DNA of 64,000 bases from the human T2T-CHM13v2.0 reference genome, Homo sapiens, in contig CP086569.2 in NCBI GenBank assembly GCA_009914755.4, forward strand, positions 3,296,001 through 3,360,000, in the 5' to 3' direction. The stretch's first letter is position 1; every line of letters starts with the position of its first letter. The position numbers were made by a program, and so were the translations under genes. Below the pieces are notes generated by a model that saw only the letters and a program-made list of their open reading frames with translations, searched no databases and had not been told where the DNA came from. Below, piece after piece: positions 1-13,316 of the stretch.

Positions 1-58
1 CCTGGGACTTAATGATATTAAAATTAGGCCAGTTAGGAACCCTACAATATCCGGTAAG

Positions 59-2100
<2,042 letters not shown>

Positions 2101-3039
2101 GAAGGCTCAGATCATTGTTAGCATTTTCTGGCAATAAAGTATTTTTAATTAAAGTATGTATTTTTTTTAGACAAAATGCTATTTAACATTTAATAGACTG
2201 CAGTATACTCTAAACATAACTTTTGTATGCACTGCAAAACCAAACAAATTGTGTGAGTTGCTTTATTGCAATCTTCACTTTATTGAGGTGGTCTGGAACC
2301 AAACCAATAATACCTCCAAGGTATGCCTATATATATTTCTCACTCTATCTTGTTTGCCACAGTTCCAAGAAGTGAAAGTCCTGTAAATAAAAGCAAGCAT
2401 GCAAGTACGCAGTTTGCTGTAGAAAGTCAATTGAGGTACCATGAAGTACATCAAGCGTCTCTCATTTGCTTTAAGTTGACCACAGGTCTTCAGTTTTTAA
2501 TGTTCAAATATGTGTACATAAAATATCCACATTCTTCTCCAAGAAATATAGAATGGCTAGAATATAAATGCATTATCACTCTTCCTCTGAAAGACTTTCA
2601 CATTTTTATAATGTGACTGCTGAAAATGGAAGTTTTGTACTTGCATTTCTCCTTAGTTAAAAATCAACTGAAAAAATATGAAACATATATATGATAAGGC
2701 ACCTACTAAGAATATACCTTGATATTTCAAAATAAAAGCTAAAAGGAAATACATGTAATAGAAAACATCAAGCTTATGAATATATTCATTCTTGTGTGGT
2801 CCTGATATGTTTGTTGAAGTTGGTATATTTTTAAGTAAATATCTAAATTGTCACCCCCAAAGCATAATATTCCTATAATACATGAAGAGTTATCACATTT
2901 TAGTTGCAAAAGAAACTACTTTTTTGGTAATGGAATATCTTTACTTAACTACAAATTTTATTTTATAAATACATATAAGATGAATATGGTTTAAAAAGCC
3001 ATATCATAGATTCCCTATAAATTCTGGATTTTAGACCTC

Positions 3040-3324
3040 TGTCACATGAACAGTTTGCAAATATCTTTTCTCCTTCCGTAAGTTGTCTTTTTACTCTGTT
3101 GATAGTTTATTTTACTGTGCAGAAGCTCTTCAGTTTAATTAGGTCCCACTTGTCAATTTTTGCTTTCATTGCAATTGCTTTTGGGGACTTAGCTAAAAAT
3201 CCTTTATCAAGGCTAGTGTCAAGAAGAGTATTTTCTTGATTGTCTTCTAGGATTTTTATAGTTCTCAAATTTGAAAAGTCTTAAATTTAAATCTTTCATC
3301 TGTTTGGGGTTAATTTTTAGATAT
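3040..3324 (-). mobile_element. Old L1 (L1M/L1PB-like) ORF2-distal segment, part 1 of a single L1 split by the LTR12 insertion; the 3'UTR may extend left to about 2650
   Basis: The sequence is antisense to the L1 ORF2 3' region (...ctcttcagtttaattaggtcccacttgtcaatttttgctttcattgcaattgcttttgg...gggttaatttttag). It continues seamlessly at 4866 after the LTR12. Confidence 0.65.
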
Positions 3325-3339
3325 TGTGTCCAGAATTGG

Positions 3340-3650
3340 TGGGTTCTTGGTCTCACTGACTTTAAGAATGAAGCCGCAGACCTTCGTGGTGAGTGTTACA
3401 GCTCTTAAGGTGGCACGTCAGGAGTTTATTCCTTCTGATGTGTTCAGAGTTTCTTCTCTCTGATGGGTTCGTGGTCTCGCTGGCTCAGGAGTGAAGTTGC
3501 AGACCTTCGCCGTGAGTGTTACAGCTCTTAAGACAGCGCGTCTGGAATTGTTTGTTCCTCCTGGTGGGCTTGTGGTCTCGCTGGCTTTAGGAGTGAAGCT
3601 GCAGACTTTCGCGGTGAGTGTTACAGCTCATAAAAGCAGTGTGGACCCGA
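3340..3650 (+). repeat. Tandem repeat (about 3 units) inside the LTR12 U3
   Basis: Near-identical units are visible by eye: gtggtctcgctggctcaggagtgaagttgcagaccttcgccgtgagtgttacagctcttaag... Confidence 0.75.
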
Positions 3651-3829
3651 AGAGTGAGCAGTAGCAAGATTTATTGCAAAGAGTGAAAGAACAAAGCTTC
3701 CACAGTGTGGAAGGAGGACCTAAGCAGGTTGCCGCTGCTGGCTCGGGCAGCCTGCTTTTATTCTCTTATCTGGCCCCACCCACATCTTGCTGATTGGTAG
3801 AGACGAGTGGCCTGTTTTGACAGGGCGCT

Positions 3830-4200
3830 GATTGGTGCGTTTACAATCCCTGAGCTAGATACAAAGGTTCTCCACCTCCTCATCAGATTAGTTAGATACA
3901 GAGTTTCCACACACAGGTTCTCCAAGGCTCCACCAGAGCAGCCAGATACAGAGTGTCGATTGGTGCATTCACAAACCTTGAGCTAAACACAGGGTGCTGA
4001 CTGGTGTGTTTACAATCCCTGAGCTAGACATAAAGGTTCTCCAAGGCCCTACCAGAGCAGCTAGATACAGAGTGTCGATTGGTGCACTCACAAACCTTGA
4101 GCTAAACACAGGGTGCTGATTGGTGTGTTTACAAACCTTGAGCTAGATACAGAGTGCCGATTGGTGTATTCACAATCCCTGAGCTAGACATAAAGACTCT
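3830..4200 (+). promoter_or_regulatory. Cluster of inverted CCAAT boxes (GATTGG) in tandem units of the LTR12; putative NF-Y binding array
   Basis: ctgattggtg, cgattggtgc, ccgattggtg and ctgactggtg recur every 40-90 bp inside repeated ...gattggtg..ttacaa.cc.tgagctag... units. Confidence 0.5.
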
Positions 4201-4865
4201 CCACGTCCTCACCAGACTCAGGAGCCCAGCTGGCTTCACGTAGTGGATCTCGCACCGGGGCTGCAGGTGGAGCTGCCTGCCAGTCCCGCGCCATGCGCTC
4301 GCACTCTTCAGCCCTTAGGTGGTCGAGGGGACTGGGCACCCTGGAGCAGGGGGTGGTGCTCGTCGGGGAGGCTCTGGCCACACAGGAGCCTATGGAGTGG
4401 GTGGGAGGCTCAGGCATGGCAGGCTGCAGGTCCTGAGCCCTGCCCTGCGGGAAGGCCGCTAAGGCTCCGTGAGAAATCGAGCGCGGTGCCGGTGGGCTGG
4501 CACTGCTGGGGGACCTAGTACACCTTCCGCAGCCGCTGGCCCGGGTGCTAAGTCCTTTATTGCCTGGGGCCAGCAGGGCTGGCGGGCTGCTCCGAGTGCG
4601 GGGTCACCAAGCCCACGCCTACCGGGAACTCCAGCTGGCCCGCAAGCGCGGCACGCAGCCCCGGTTCCCGCTCGCGCCTCTCCCTCCACACCTCCTTGCA
4701 AGCTGAAGGAGTAGGCTCCAGCCTTGGCCAGCCTGGAAAGGGGCTGCCACAGTACAGTAGTAGGCTGAAAGGCTCCTCAAATGCCGCCAAAGTGGGAGCC
4801 CAGACAGAGGAGGTGCCGAGAGCAAACAAAGGCTCTGAGGACTGCCAACACGCTGTCACCTCTCA

Positions 4866-7800
4866 ATATGGTTAACAGTAGGCATTCAGCTTCAATCTTC
4901 TGCATATAGCTTGTCAGGTATCCAAGCACAATTTATTGAATAGTGGGTCCTTTCACCATTGCTTATTTTTGTTGACTGTTAAAAATCAGTTGGTTGTAGG
5001 TGTGTGGCTTGACTTCTGGGCTCTTTATTCTGTTACATTGGTCTATGTATCTGTTTTTTTACTAGTGCCTTACTCTTTTGATTACTGTAACCGCATAGTA
5101 TAGTTTCAAGCTTGACGATGTAATGGCTATGGCTTTGCTCTTTCTGCTTAGGATTGCTTTGGCTATCAGGGCTCTTTTATTAGTTCCATAAGAATTGTAA
5201 AATGTGTCTTTTAATTCTATAAAAAATAATGAAGAAAATGTCAGTAGTTTGATAGCAATAGCATTGTGTTAGTCTGCTCTTGTGTTGGTATAAAGAAATA
5301 CCAAAGCCTGGGTGATTTGTAAAGAAAATCAGTTTATTTTACATGACGTTTCTGCACTGTACAAGAAGTATGGTCCTGGCTTGTTTCTGGTGAGGTTTCA
5401 GGAAGCTTACAACTATAGCAGAAGGCAAAGGGGGAGCTGGTATATCACATGGAAAGAGAGGGAGAAAGGGAGAGAGGTGGAGGTGCTATTCTCTTTTAAA
5501 CAATCACATCTTGCATGAACTGATAGGATGAGAACTCCCTTGTACCTCAAAGACAGAACCAGGCCATTTATGAGGGATCCTCCTCCATGACCCAAGCACC
5601 TCCCACTAGGTTCCACCTCCAACATTGGGAATCACATTTCAACATGAGATTTGAAAAAGACAAAACATCAAAATCATATCAAGCATTGAATCTGTACATT
5701 TATTTGGGCAGTGTGACCATTATATTGACTCTTCCAATCTGTGAGCACAGAATGTATTCTCATTTGTTTGTGTCATCTGTGATTTATTTCAGCAGTGTTT
5801 TGTAGTTCTTTTTGTAGAGATCTTTCACCTCCTAGGTTAAATATATTCCTAGGTATTTTATTTTTCTGTGACTAATGTAAATGAGATTATGCTCTTTCTT
5901 TGGCTCTTAGCTTGAACATTACTGGAACATATAAATGCTATTGATTTTTCTACATTGACTTTGTATCCTGAAACTTAACTGAAGTTGTTAATCAGTTCTG
6001 GGAGCCTTTTGGCAGAGTCTTTAGGGGTCTCTAGGTATAGAAAAGTATCATCAGTGAGGAGGGATAATTGGCTTTCTTTTTTCCAATTTGGATGCCTTAT
6101 TTTTTTTCTCTTGCCTGATTTCTCTGGCTAGGACTTCCAAAACTACCTTGAATAGGAGTGGTGAGAGTGGGCATCTGTGTTTTTTCCAGCTCTCAAGTGG
6201 AATGATTCCAGGTTTTGCCCATTCAGAATGATGTCAGCTGTTGGTTTTTCATAGATGGCTCTGATTTTTTTTAAGATATGTTCCTTCAATGCCTTGTTTG
6301 TTGAGGGTTTTTATCATGAAGGGATGTTGGATTTTATTGAAAGCTTTTATTACATATATTGAAATTATTATATGGTTTTGGTGTTTCCTTCTGTTTACGT
6401 GGTGAATTGCATTTATTGATTTGTGCATATTGACACAAGCTTGCATCCCAAGAATGAAGCCTTCTTGATCCTGGTGAATTTACTTTTTGATGTGCTGCTG
6501 GATTCAATTTACTATTATGGTGTTGAGGATTTTTGTGTCTATGTTCATCAGAAATATTGGCCTGTAGTTTTCTTTTTCCTTATTTCTTTGCCAGATTTTG
6601 GTATCAGGATGATGTTATCTTCAAAGAATGAATTAGGGAGGACTTCTTCCTCCTCTATTTTTTTGGAATAGTTTCAATAGGATTGGTAGTAACTCTTTTT
6701 TGTATATATGGTAAAATTTGGCTGTAAATCCATTTAGTCCAGGGATTTTTTTGGGCTTGTAGGATTTTTACTATTGTTTCAACATTGGAATTCAATACTG
6801 GCCTCTTCAGGGTTTCAGTTTCTTCTTGATTTAATCTAGAGATGGAATGTTCCAGGAATTTATCTATTTCCTCTAGATTTTCTAATTTGTGTACATAGAG
6901 ATGTTCATATTACTCTCCAAGAATCTTTTGCATTTCTGTGGGATCATTTGCGATATCACCTTTGTCATTTCTGAATGTGCTTATTTGGAACTTCTCTCTT
7001 TTTTTCTTTGTTAATCTAACTAACAGACTATAGATCATTTTTATCCTTTCAAAGGTCCAACTTCTGGTTTTGTTGATCCTTTGTATGAATATTTGGGTGT
7101 CAATTTCATTCAATCCTGCCCTGTTTTTAATTTTTTTTCTTCTGCTAGCCATGTGGTTAGTTTGTTCCTGTTTTTAAGTCCCTCTGGGTGCAATGTTATG
7201 TTGTTAATTTGAGATCATTCTAACTTGATGTAGGGATTAAGCCCTCTGAATTTTCCTCTTAACACTGCATTTGCTGCATCCAAGAAATTTTGGTATTTCA
7301 TGTCTCTGTTTTCACTTATTTCAAAGATTTTTTTTATTTCTGTATTAATTTTGTTGTTTACACAAAAGTAATTCAGAAGCAAGTTGTTTAGTTTCCATGT
7401 TGTGTGGTTTTCAGAGAACTTCTTGGTATTGATTTCTATTTTTACCCCAATGTGTTCCAAGAGTATAATTGGTATAATTTCATTTTTTTGAATTTACTGA
7501 GACTTACTTGCTTTATGGCAAAGAATGTTGGAAATCTTACAATATGTTCCATGTGCACATGAGAAGCATGCATATTCTGTATTTGATGGGTGAAGAATTC
7601 TGTAGATGTATATTATGTCCAATTAGTCAAGGGTCAAATTTAAGTCCAGAATTTCGTTGTTAGCTTTCTGCTTTGATCATCTGTCTAGTGTTGTCAGTGA
7701 GGAGTCCCCAATATTATTGTGTGGCTGTCTTTTTGTAGGTCTAGAAATACCTGTTTTATTAATCTGGATGCTTCAGTGTTGGGTGCTTATATGTTTAGGA

Positions 7801-9150
7801 TAGTTTATCTTCATGTTGAAATGAATTCATTATCATTATGTAATGTCCTTCTTTGTCCTTTTTTACTGTCGTTGGTTTAAGGTCTGTTTTATTTGATGTA
7901 ATAATGATGACTCACCCTTTTTTTGTTTTCCATTCACATGATATATCCTCCTCCAACCCTGTCTTTGAACCAGTTAGTATCATTACAAGTGAGAGGGGTG
8001 TCTTGAAGATAAAAGATGGATGGGTCTTTTTTAAAATCCAATTTGCCACTCTGAAACTTTTAATTGGGAAGTGTAGACAATTGACATTCAAAGTTAATAT
8101 TGATATGTGTGGTTTTCATCCTATCATGAAGCTGTCAGTTTGTTGCCTTGTAGTCTCCATTGTGTAGTTGTTTTATTGGGTCTGTGAGCTATGTACTTAA
8201 GTGTGTGTTTTTGATATCAGGTATCATTCTCTTCCATGTTTAGCACTCCATTATTTCTTGTAAGGCTAGTCTGCTGGTAACAAATTACCTTAGCAATTGC
8301 TTCTCAGGAAAATATTTTATTTCTTCTTTGCTTATGAAGCTTAGTTTGGCAAGGTATGAAATTCTTGGTCAGAATTTCTTTTTTTTAAGAATGCTGAGAA
8401 TAGGCTCCCATCTCTTCTGGCTTATAAAGTTTCTTCTGAGAATCTACTAGCAGCCTGATGAGGTTCCCTTTGTAAGTGATCTGATCATTTTCTCAAGGTG
8501 TCTTTAAGATTTTTTTCTTTGGGGTTAAACTTGGATAGTCTGGTGACTTATGCCTTGGTGACGTTTATTTTGGGTAGTATCTTGCATGTGTTCTCTTTAT
8601 TTCTTGTATCTGAATGTCTACCTCTCTAGGAAGATTAGGAAAATTTTCTTGACTTATTTCCTCAAATACGTTTTATAGGTTGTTTACTTTTTCTTCTTTC
8701 CTCTCAGGAATGCCAATAATTTATAGGTTTGGTTACTTTGCATAACCTTATATTCCTCAAAGCTTTCATTTTTATTTTTAGTTTTTATTTCTGACTGGAA
8801 ATACTTAGTTTGAAAGACTTGTCTTCAACCTCTGAAATTCTTTATTCTGCTTGGTCATATCTCTCAATAAAGCTTTCGATTGTATTTTGAAATTCCTTGA
8901 GTGAATTTTTCTATTTCAGAAGCTCTGATTACTTTTTAAGATGCTAATCTCTTTCATCATTTTCTGCATTGCTTTATTACTTTCTTTGTTTGATTTTCAA
9001 CCTTGATCTGAATCTTATTGAGCTTTCTTGAAATCCATGATTTGAATTCTTTATCATTTGTGAGTTTCCATTTTGGTTAGGGATCATTGCTACAGAACTA
9101 GTGCAATCCTTTGGTGGTGTCACAACATTTAGGTTTTTATGATGCCAGAA
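4866..9150 (-). mobile_element. Old L1 (L1PB/L1MA-like) body, ORF2 and ORF1 antisense; contiguous with 3040-3324 and interrupted by the MaLR LTR at 5264-5681
   Basis: L1 antisense hallmarks run throughout, for example ...ccaatttggatgccttattttttttctcttgcctgatttctctggctaggacttccaaaactaccttgaataggagtggtgagagtgggcatc, ...gcatcccaagaatgaagccttcttgatcctggtgaatttactttttgatgtgctgctggattc, ...gcttatgaagcttagtttggcaaggtatgaaattcttggtcagaatttc. Confidence 0.85.
5264..5681 (-). mobile_element. MaLR solo LTR (THE1/MST-like) nested in the old L1
   Basis: The sequence is the reverse complement of the THE1-type LTR: the left end cattgtgttagtctgctcttg...ccaaagcctgggtgatttgtaaag is the rc of ...agactgggtaatttataaag...gactaatacag, and the right end ...ctcccactaggttccacctccaacattgggaatcacatttcaacatgagatttg...aaatcatatca is the rc of TGATATGGTTTG.... 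TSD agcattg is present at about 5257-5263 and 5682-5688, and the L1 sequence is continuous across the insertion. Confidence 0.75.
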
Positions 9151-10560
9151 TGATTAAGCTGATTCTTTCTCACCTGGAAATGCTGACACTTCTAATTTTT
9201 GTAATTATTTTCATATGGAAAGGATTTTTATTCCTTTCCCTACATAATTTTTCCTTTAGCCTCCCCCAAAACATGGGTGTGTCTGTATAATATGTTAAGT
9301 GTGACTGTATAATATGTTAAGTAGGCTCATTTGGCTATGCTTCCATAACCCTATGCACTTGTGTTGGCGGGCTTTATATTGGGTTGTGCAGTTCAACCTA
9401 TAGGGCCAGTAGATGGTGATTATGGGTAAGAGCCACCTGCAACATAAGCAGATCAGTAAATACCTAATCTTTGTTTACTCCGAGGTGCTCTCTATTATTT
9501 CAGGTGATGGGCTAGACAATGGGGTGCCCAGTGCCCTGAGTTTCCTGTTTTGCAGGGGTTGGGACACATATCTCGGAAGAGCTGAAGCCCCTGTCTTGCC
9601 CATGAATACCCTTATTGTATGCACAGGCACCAGCCCTGACCCGGGGGGCTGGGTGGAGCTCCTGGTGAAATGTGCTGAGGTCTCTGCAGGAGGGTGAGGG
9701 GGTTTCACTGGCTCCCCATCCTAGATAGACAGAAACATGGGCTATTTCCCTATCCCATTCCTGTTCTGAGGTTCATGACTTCTAGATCAGATGCACACTG
9801 TAGTCTATCTTTGGACCACAGTGTGATTGAAAGCCTTGGGAAAGGCTTGTTTTGTCACTCTCAAGGGAGTGGTGTTGGGGCAGAATTTTGTCACTCGGCC
9901 TAATACAGATAGCATTATGCCCCATCTGTTCTCTGATATCTTAGCTCTGGTGCTTCATGTAAGAGGGAGGGCTCCAACTTTGGGCTTTTGCAAGTGGGTG
10001 TTGGTTGTGGTGGTATCTGCGGGTTGGGTCAGCCTGACCTCAGGCCCTGGGGGAAGTGGAGAAGTGACAGCAGAGTTGGAATGGGGTAGGTACTTCCCCA
10101 GTTCCTAGGTCCCTAGATGGCACCCTTGCCACTGTTTACAAATCCTGAAGAGGCTGAACCAGGGTCAGAATTGCCCAGTGTTCAGGTGCTGGGTGTGATG
10201 GGGAAGGGTGGGCTGGTCCCCAGGTCACTGGTGAAACTCTCAGGCAGGTACAGGCATGAGGCTTGTATGGTAGGAGCCTGAGGAAGTATCACAGCTGTGT
10301 GGGGGTAGGGTTTCCAGAAGGGCTCTAGGGTGCAGCTGAAATGCTCAGGCACGGGCAGGTGAGTGCACCGTGTGCCAGAAGGCATCAGGAAGCAGTGGAA
10401 GTGAGGTGTGGGACTGGTGTAGAGCCAGGCGAAGCTCCTTAATTTGGGGAAAGGGCTGCCTGGCTTTGCTCCTTTCTTTTTTTTCCATGGGTCCTATTGC
10501 TTCTGTGAAAGCAAAATATCTTGGGCCTCCCAAATTACTAAGCTAAAAGGAAAATTCAAG
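9150..10560 (-). mobile_element. Probable 5' UTR of the old L1 (older L1PA/PB type), GC-richer; assignment uncertain
   Basis: The region sits directly upstream (antisense) of the ORF1 region and is GC-rich like older L1 5'UTRs. I could not align it to the L1HS 5'UTR from memory. Confidence 0.35.
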
Positions 10561-10599
10561 CTAGAAACTGCGCAGGGCAAACCTGTCTCCCACTCTATT

Positions 10600-10960
10600 C
10601 AAAGTCATCCCTCTGCTCACTGAGATAGATGCATATTCTGATTGCCTCCTTTGGAAAGGCTTATTAGAAACTCAAAAGAATGCAACCATTTTCTCTCACC
10701 CACCTGTGACCTGGAAGCCCCTCCTTGTTTTGAGTTTGTCCTTGCCTTTCTGGGTGGAACTAATGTGCTTCTTACACATATTAGTTCATGTCTCATATAC
10801 TAAACCTAAAATCTGTAAAACCAAGCTGTGCCCTGACCACCTTGGGCACATGTCAGGACTTCCTGTGGCTGTGTCGCGGGTATGCATCCTCAACCTTGGC
10901 AAAAGAAACTTTCTAAATTAACTGAGACCTGTCTCAGATTTTCTGGGTTTACTCTTCCTT
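10600..10960. repeat. Unclassified LTR-like interspersed repeat (possible ERV1/MER-type solo LTR)
   Basis: ...cacccacctgtgacctggaagcccctcc...tgtaaaaccaagctgtgccctgaccaccttgggcacatgtc...gaaactttctaaattaactgagacctgtctcag resembles MER/LTR sequences. No TSD or termini were verified. Confidence 0.25.
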
Positions 10961-11347
10961 GGTGAATCCCAACAGGATCTCTTAGATGATCCACTTGAAG
11001 AGCAGGTATTTACTCACCACGTTGTTTCCTCTCTGTGAGAGTCACACACGCTAGCAGCTTCTAGTCAATTATCTTGAACTGGAACTGCTCTATACTTATA
11101 CGTTGTTAATAGGTATAGAAAAATTTCTATTTAAAATGTGCACCATGAGTTTCACTACTACCATGACAGTATGAGGAGTACTGCAAACTCACTCTACAGA
11201 AAACTGGTAAAAATTATTCTTTTTAAAAAATAAAACATTTAAGGTCTCCAGAATTAATCTTAAAGGTATACGGGAAAGGAAGAAACATTTATTTGAGAAT
11301 ATCTACTAAAACAGTAAGAACAGATAAAATCTGTGGTATTTGAGCTA

Positions 11348-11427
11348 TTAGGTTGGCTCAAAAGTAACTGCGGTTTTTGCTGTTACTTTCAATGGCAAAA
11401 ACCTCAATTACTTTTGTGCCTATCTAA
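11348..11427. mobile_element. MADE1 (Hsmar1-derived MITE), an 80-bp palindromic element
   Basis: ttaggttggctcaaaagtaactgcggtttttgctgttactttcaatggcaaaaacctcaattacttttgtgcc matches the MADE1 consensus TTAGGTTGGTGCAAAAGTAATTGCGGTTTTTGCCATT...AATGGCAAAAACCGCAATTACTTTTGCACCAACCTAA. TA dinucleotides flank it. Confidence 0.85.
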
Positions 11428-11515
11428 TACATCTGTTAAAGTATGTAGTCAGACAAGAATAGGGTAGGAAAGAGCCCCACCCTGCCCCTTACTCCTCCAC
11501 TCCCCAACCCAAGAA

Positions 11516-11761
11516 TGTTGGGCATTTGTCAAGCCATGGTCAGGCAATTATAAATGTCCCTTTGAAATGATGAGCAGGACAAGGGAGGAACTCCAGAACT
11601 GTCTGGTTTCCATTGAGTGAAAAAGAGGTAGGCATAAAACTGTTCCTCTGAGATAATAAGTGGCCATGACTGGTGCCGGGAATGACAGGATTCTTGCAAC
11701 AGACAGAAGACACCTGGAGTTAGCAAGTCATAATTCCTGATGAAGATTCAAGCATGAGGGC
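11516..11761 (+). repeat. 5' LTR of the provirus, part A (upstream of the L1 insertion)
   Basis: Aligns to the start of the 3' LTR at 18830-19075. Confidence 0.7.
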
Positions 11762-12854
11762 AATACCATTCAGGATATAGGCATGGGCAAGGACTTCATG
11801 TCTAAAACACCAAAAGCAATGGCAACAAAAGCCAAAATTGACAAATGGGATCCAATTAAACTAAAGAGCTTCTGCACAGCAAAAGAAACTACCATCAGAG
11901 TGAACAGGCAACCTACAGAATGGGAGAAATTTTTTTCAATCTACTCATCTGACAAAGGGCTAATATCCAGAATCTACAAAGAACTCAAACAAATTTACAA
12001 GAAAAAAACAACCCCATCAACAAGTGGGTGAAGGATATGAACAGACACTTCTCAAAAGAAGACATTTATGCAGCCAAAAGACACATGAAAAAATGCTCAT
12101 CATCACTGATCATTAGAGAAATGCAAATCAAAACCACAATGAGATACCATCTCACACCAGTTAGAATGGCGATCATTAAAAAGTCAGGAAACAACAGGTG
12201 CTGGAGAGTATGTGGAGAAATAGGAACACTTTTACACTGTTGGTGGGACTGTAAACTGGTTCAACCATTGTGGAAGACAGTGTGGCGATTCCTCAGGGAT
12301 CTAGAACTAGAAATACCATTTGACCCACCCATCCCATTACTGGGTATATACCCAAAGGATTATAAATCATGCTGCTATAAAGACACATGCACACGTATGT
12401 TTATTGCGGCACTATTCACAATAGCAAAGACTTGGAACCAACCCAAATGTCCAACAGTGATAGACTGGATTAAGAAAATGTGGCACATATACACCATGGA
12501 ATACTATGCAGCCATAAAAAAGGATGAATTCATGTCCTTTGTAGGTACATGGATGAAGCTGGAAACCATCATTCTCAGCAAACTATCGCAAGGCCAAAAA
12601 ACCAAGCACCACATTTTCTCACTCATAGGTGGGAATTGAACAATGAGAACATATGGACACAGGAAGGGGAACATTACACACCGGGGACTGTTGTGGGGTG
12701 GGGGGAGGGGGGAGGGATAGCATTAGGAGATATACTTAATGTAAATGACGAGTTAATGGGTGCAGCACACCAACATGGCACATGTATACATATGTAACAA
12801 ACCTGCACGTTGTGCACATGTACCCTAGAACTTAAAGTATAATTAAAAAAAAAA
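11762..12854 (+). mobile_element. Young L1PA (L1PA2-4-like) 5'-truncated 3' fragment of about 1.09 kb with an A-tail, inserted in the 5' LTR
   Basis: Near-consensus L1 3' end: ...accattcaggatataggcatgggcaaggacttcatgtctaaaacaccaaaagcaatggcaacaaaagccaaaattgacaaatgggatc...gggggaggggggagggatagcattaggagatatacttaatgtaaatgacgagttaatgggtgcagcacaccaacatggcacatgtatacatatgtaacaaacctgcacgttgtgcacatgtaccctagaacttaaagtataattaaaaaaaaaa. TSD is approximately aagcatga/aagcaaga. Confidence 0.9.
12028..12639 (+). pseudogene. L1 ORF2p C-terminal region remnant (203-aa ORF)
   Basis: The ORF translation ...[185 protein letters not shown] is the canonical L1 ORF2p C-terminus. Confidence 0.85.
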
Positions 12855-13316
12855 GCAAGATGATGGGATTTGACCAGTACATCACCTTCCTCTGGGGACA
12901 TTGGACCAGTAAGGGAGAATTGACCCAAATGAGCATGTGTATGAGTTCCATAAACACACTGTGCATGCGGCCCCTCCCAAGTGCTGTCAGGGACACTGCA
13001 CATGCAGTAATTAAGTGACAACTCACCCAGGGGGAAGAACAGGGAAGAGACAGAGCCCAGGAAAAGATAGGGGGTATAAAAACTCTAAACAAAGAGGTGG
13101 ATGAGGCATTTGATTTTTTTTTACAAGTTTCGTGCTTGTCCCTCATGTAAGTACTCTGGTTTCTCAAGTAAACCCTCATTTTGCTTAAAATGAATTCTCC
13201 CTTCTACTTTAAACCTTGTCTGTGTCTGCTGAGACCAGCTCAGTCATGGAGACCCTAACCCAGCGGCACTAGAGGAATTAAAGACACACACGAATTAAAG
13301 ACACACACACAGCAAT
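12855..13316 (+). repeat. 5' LTR of the provirus, part B (downstream of the L1 insertion), with a TATA box (ggtataaaaac) and a longer U5 than the 3' copy
   Basis: Aligns to the 3' LTR at 19080-19440 and ends near ...acacacacagca. Confidence 0.65.

Larger units (their letters stand above)
3325..4865 (+). mobile_element. LTR12 (HERV9 solo LTR, LTR12C-like), TG...CA termini
   Basis: The 5' part has roughly 60-70-bp tandem units (gtggtctcgctggct.aggagtgaagctgcagaccttcgc.gtgagtgttacagctc.taa). The middle has repeated gctgattggtg...ccctgagctagacataaag units. The 3' part is GC/CpG-rich and ends ...cacgctgtcacctctca. A 4-bp TSD, ATAT, is present at 3321-3324 and 4866-4869. Confidence 0.85.

Noticed and set aside
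4184-4859. A cluster of 5 overlapping 68-100-aa ORFs on both strands
   Set aside because: All lie in the GC/CpG-rich 3' third of the LTR12. They are compositional artefacts (Pro/Ala/Gly/Arg-rich, mutually overlapping in opposite strands), not genes.
5264-5681. An initial impression that this block was an L1 3'UTR segment, or that about 600 bp of L1 was deleted here
   Set aside because: Alignment by eye to the THE1/MST LTR (TGATATGGTTTG...GACTAATACAG, reverse-complemented) fits end to end. The flanking L1 sequence is perfectly continuous once the 418-bp insert and its agcattg TSD are removed.
12549-12797. An 82-aa ORF containing a GEGGGIALGDILNV motif that could be mistaken for a glycine-rich nucleotide-binding loop
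   Set aside because: It is the standard L1 3'UTR (gggaggggggagggatagcattaggagatatac...) read in frame. The same sequence recurs in every young L1 3' end.
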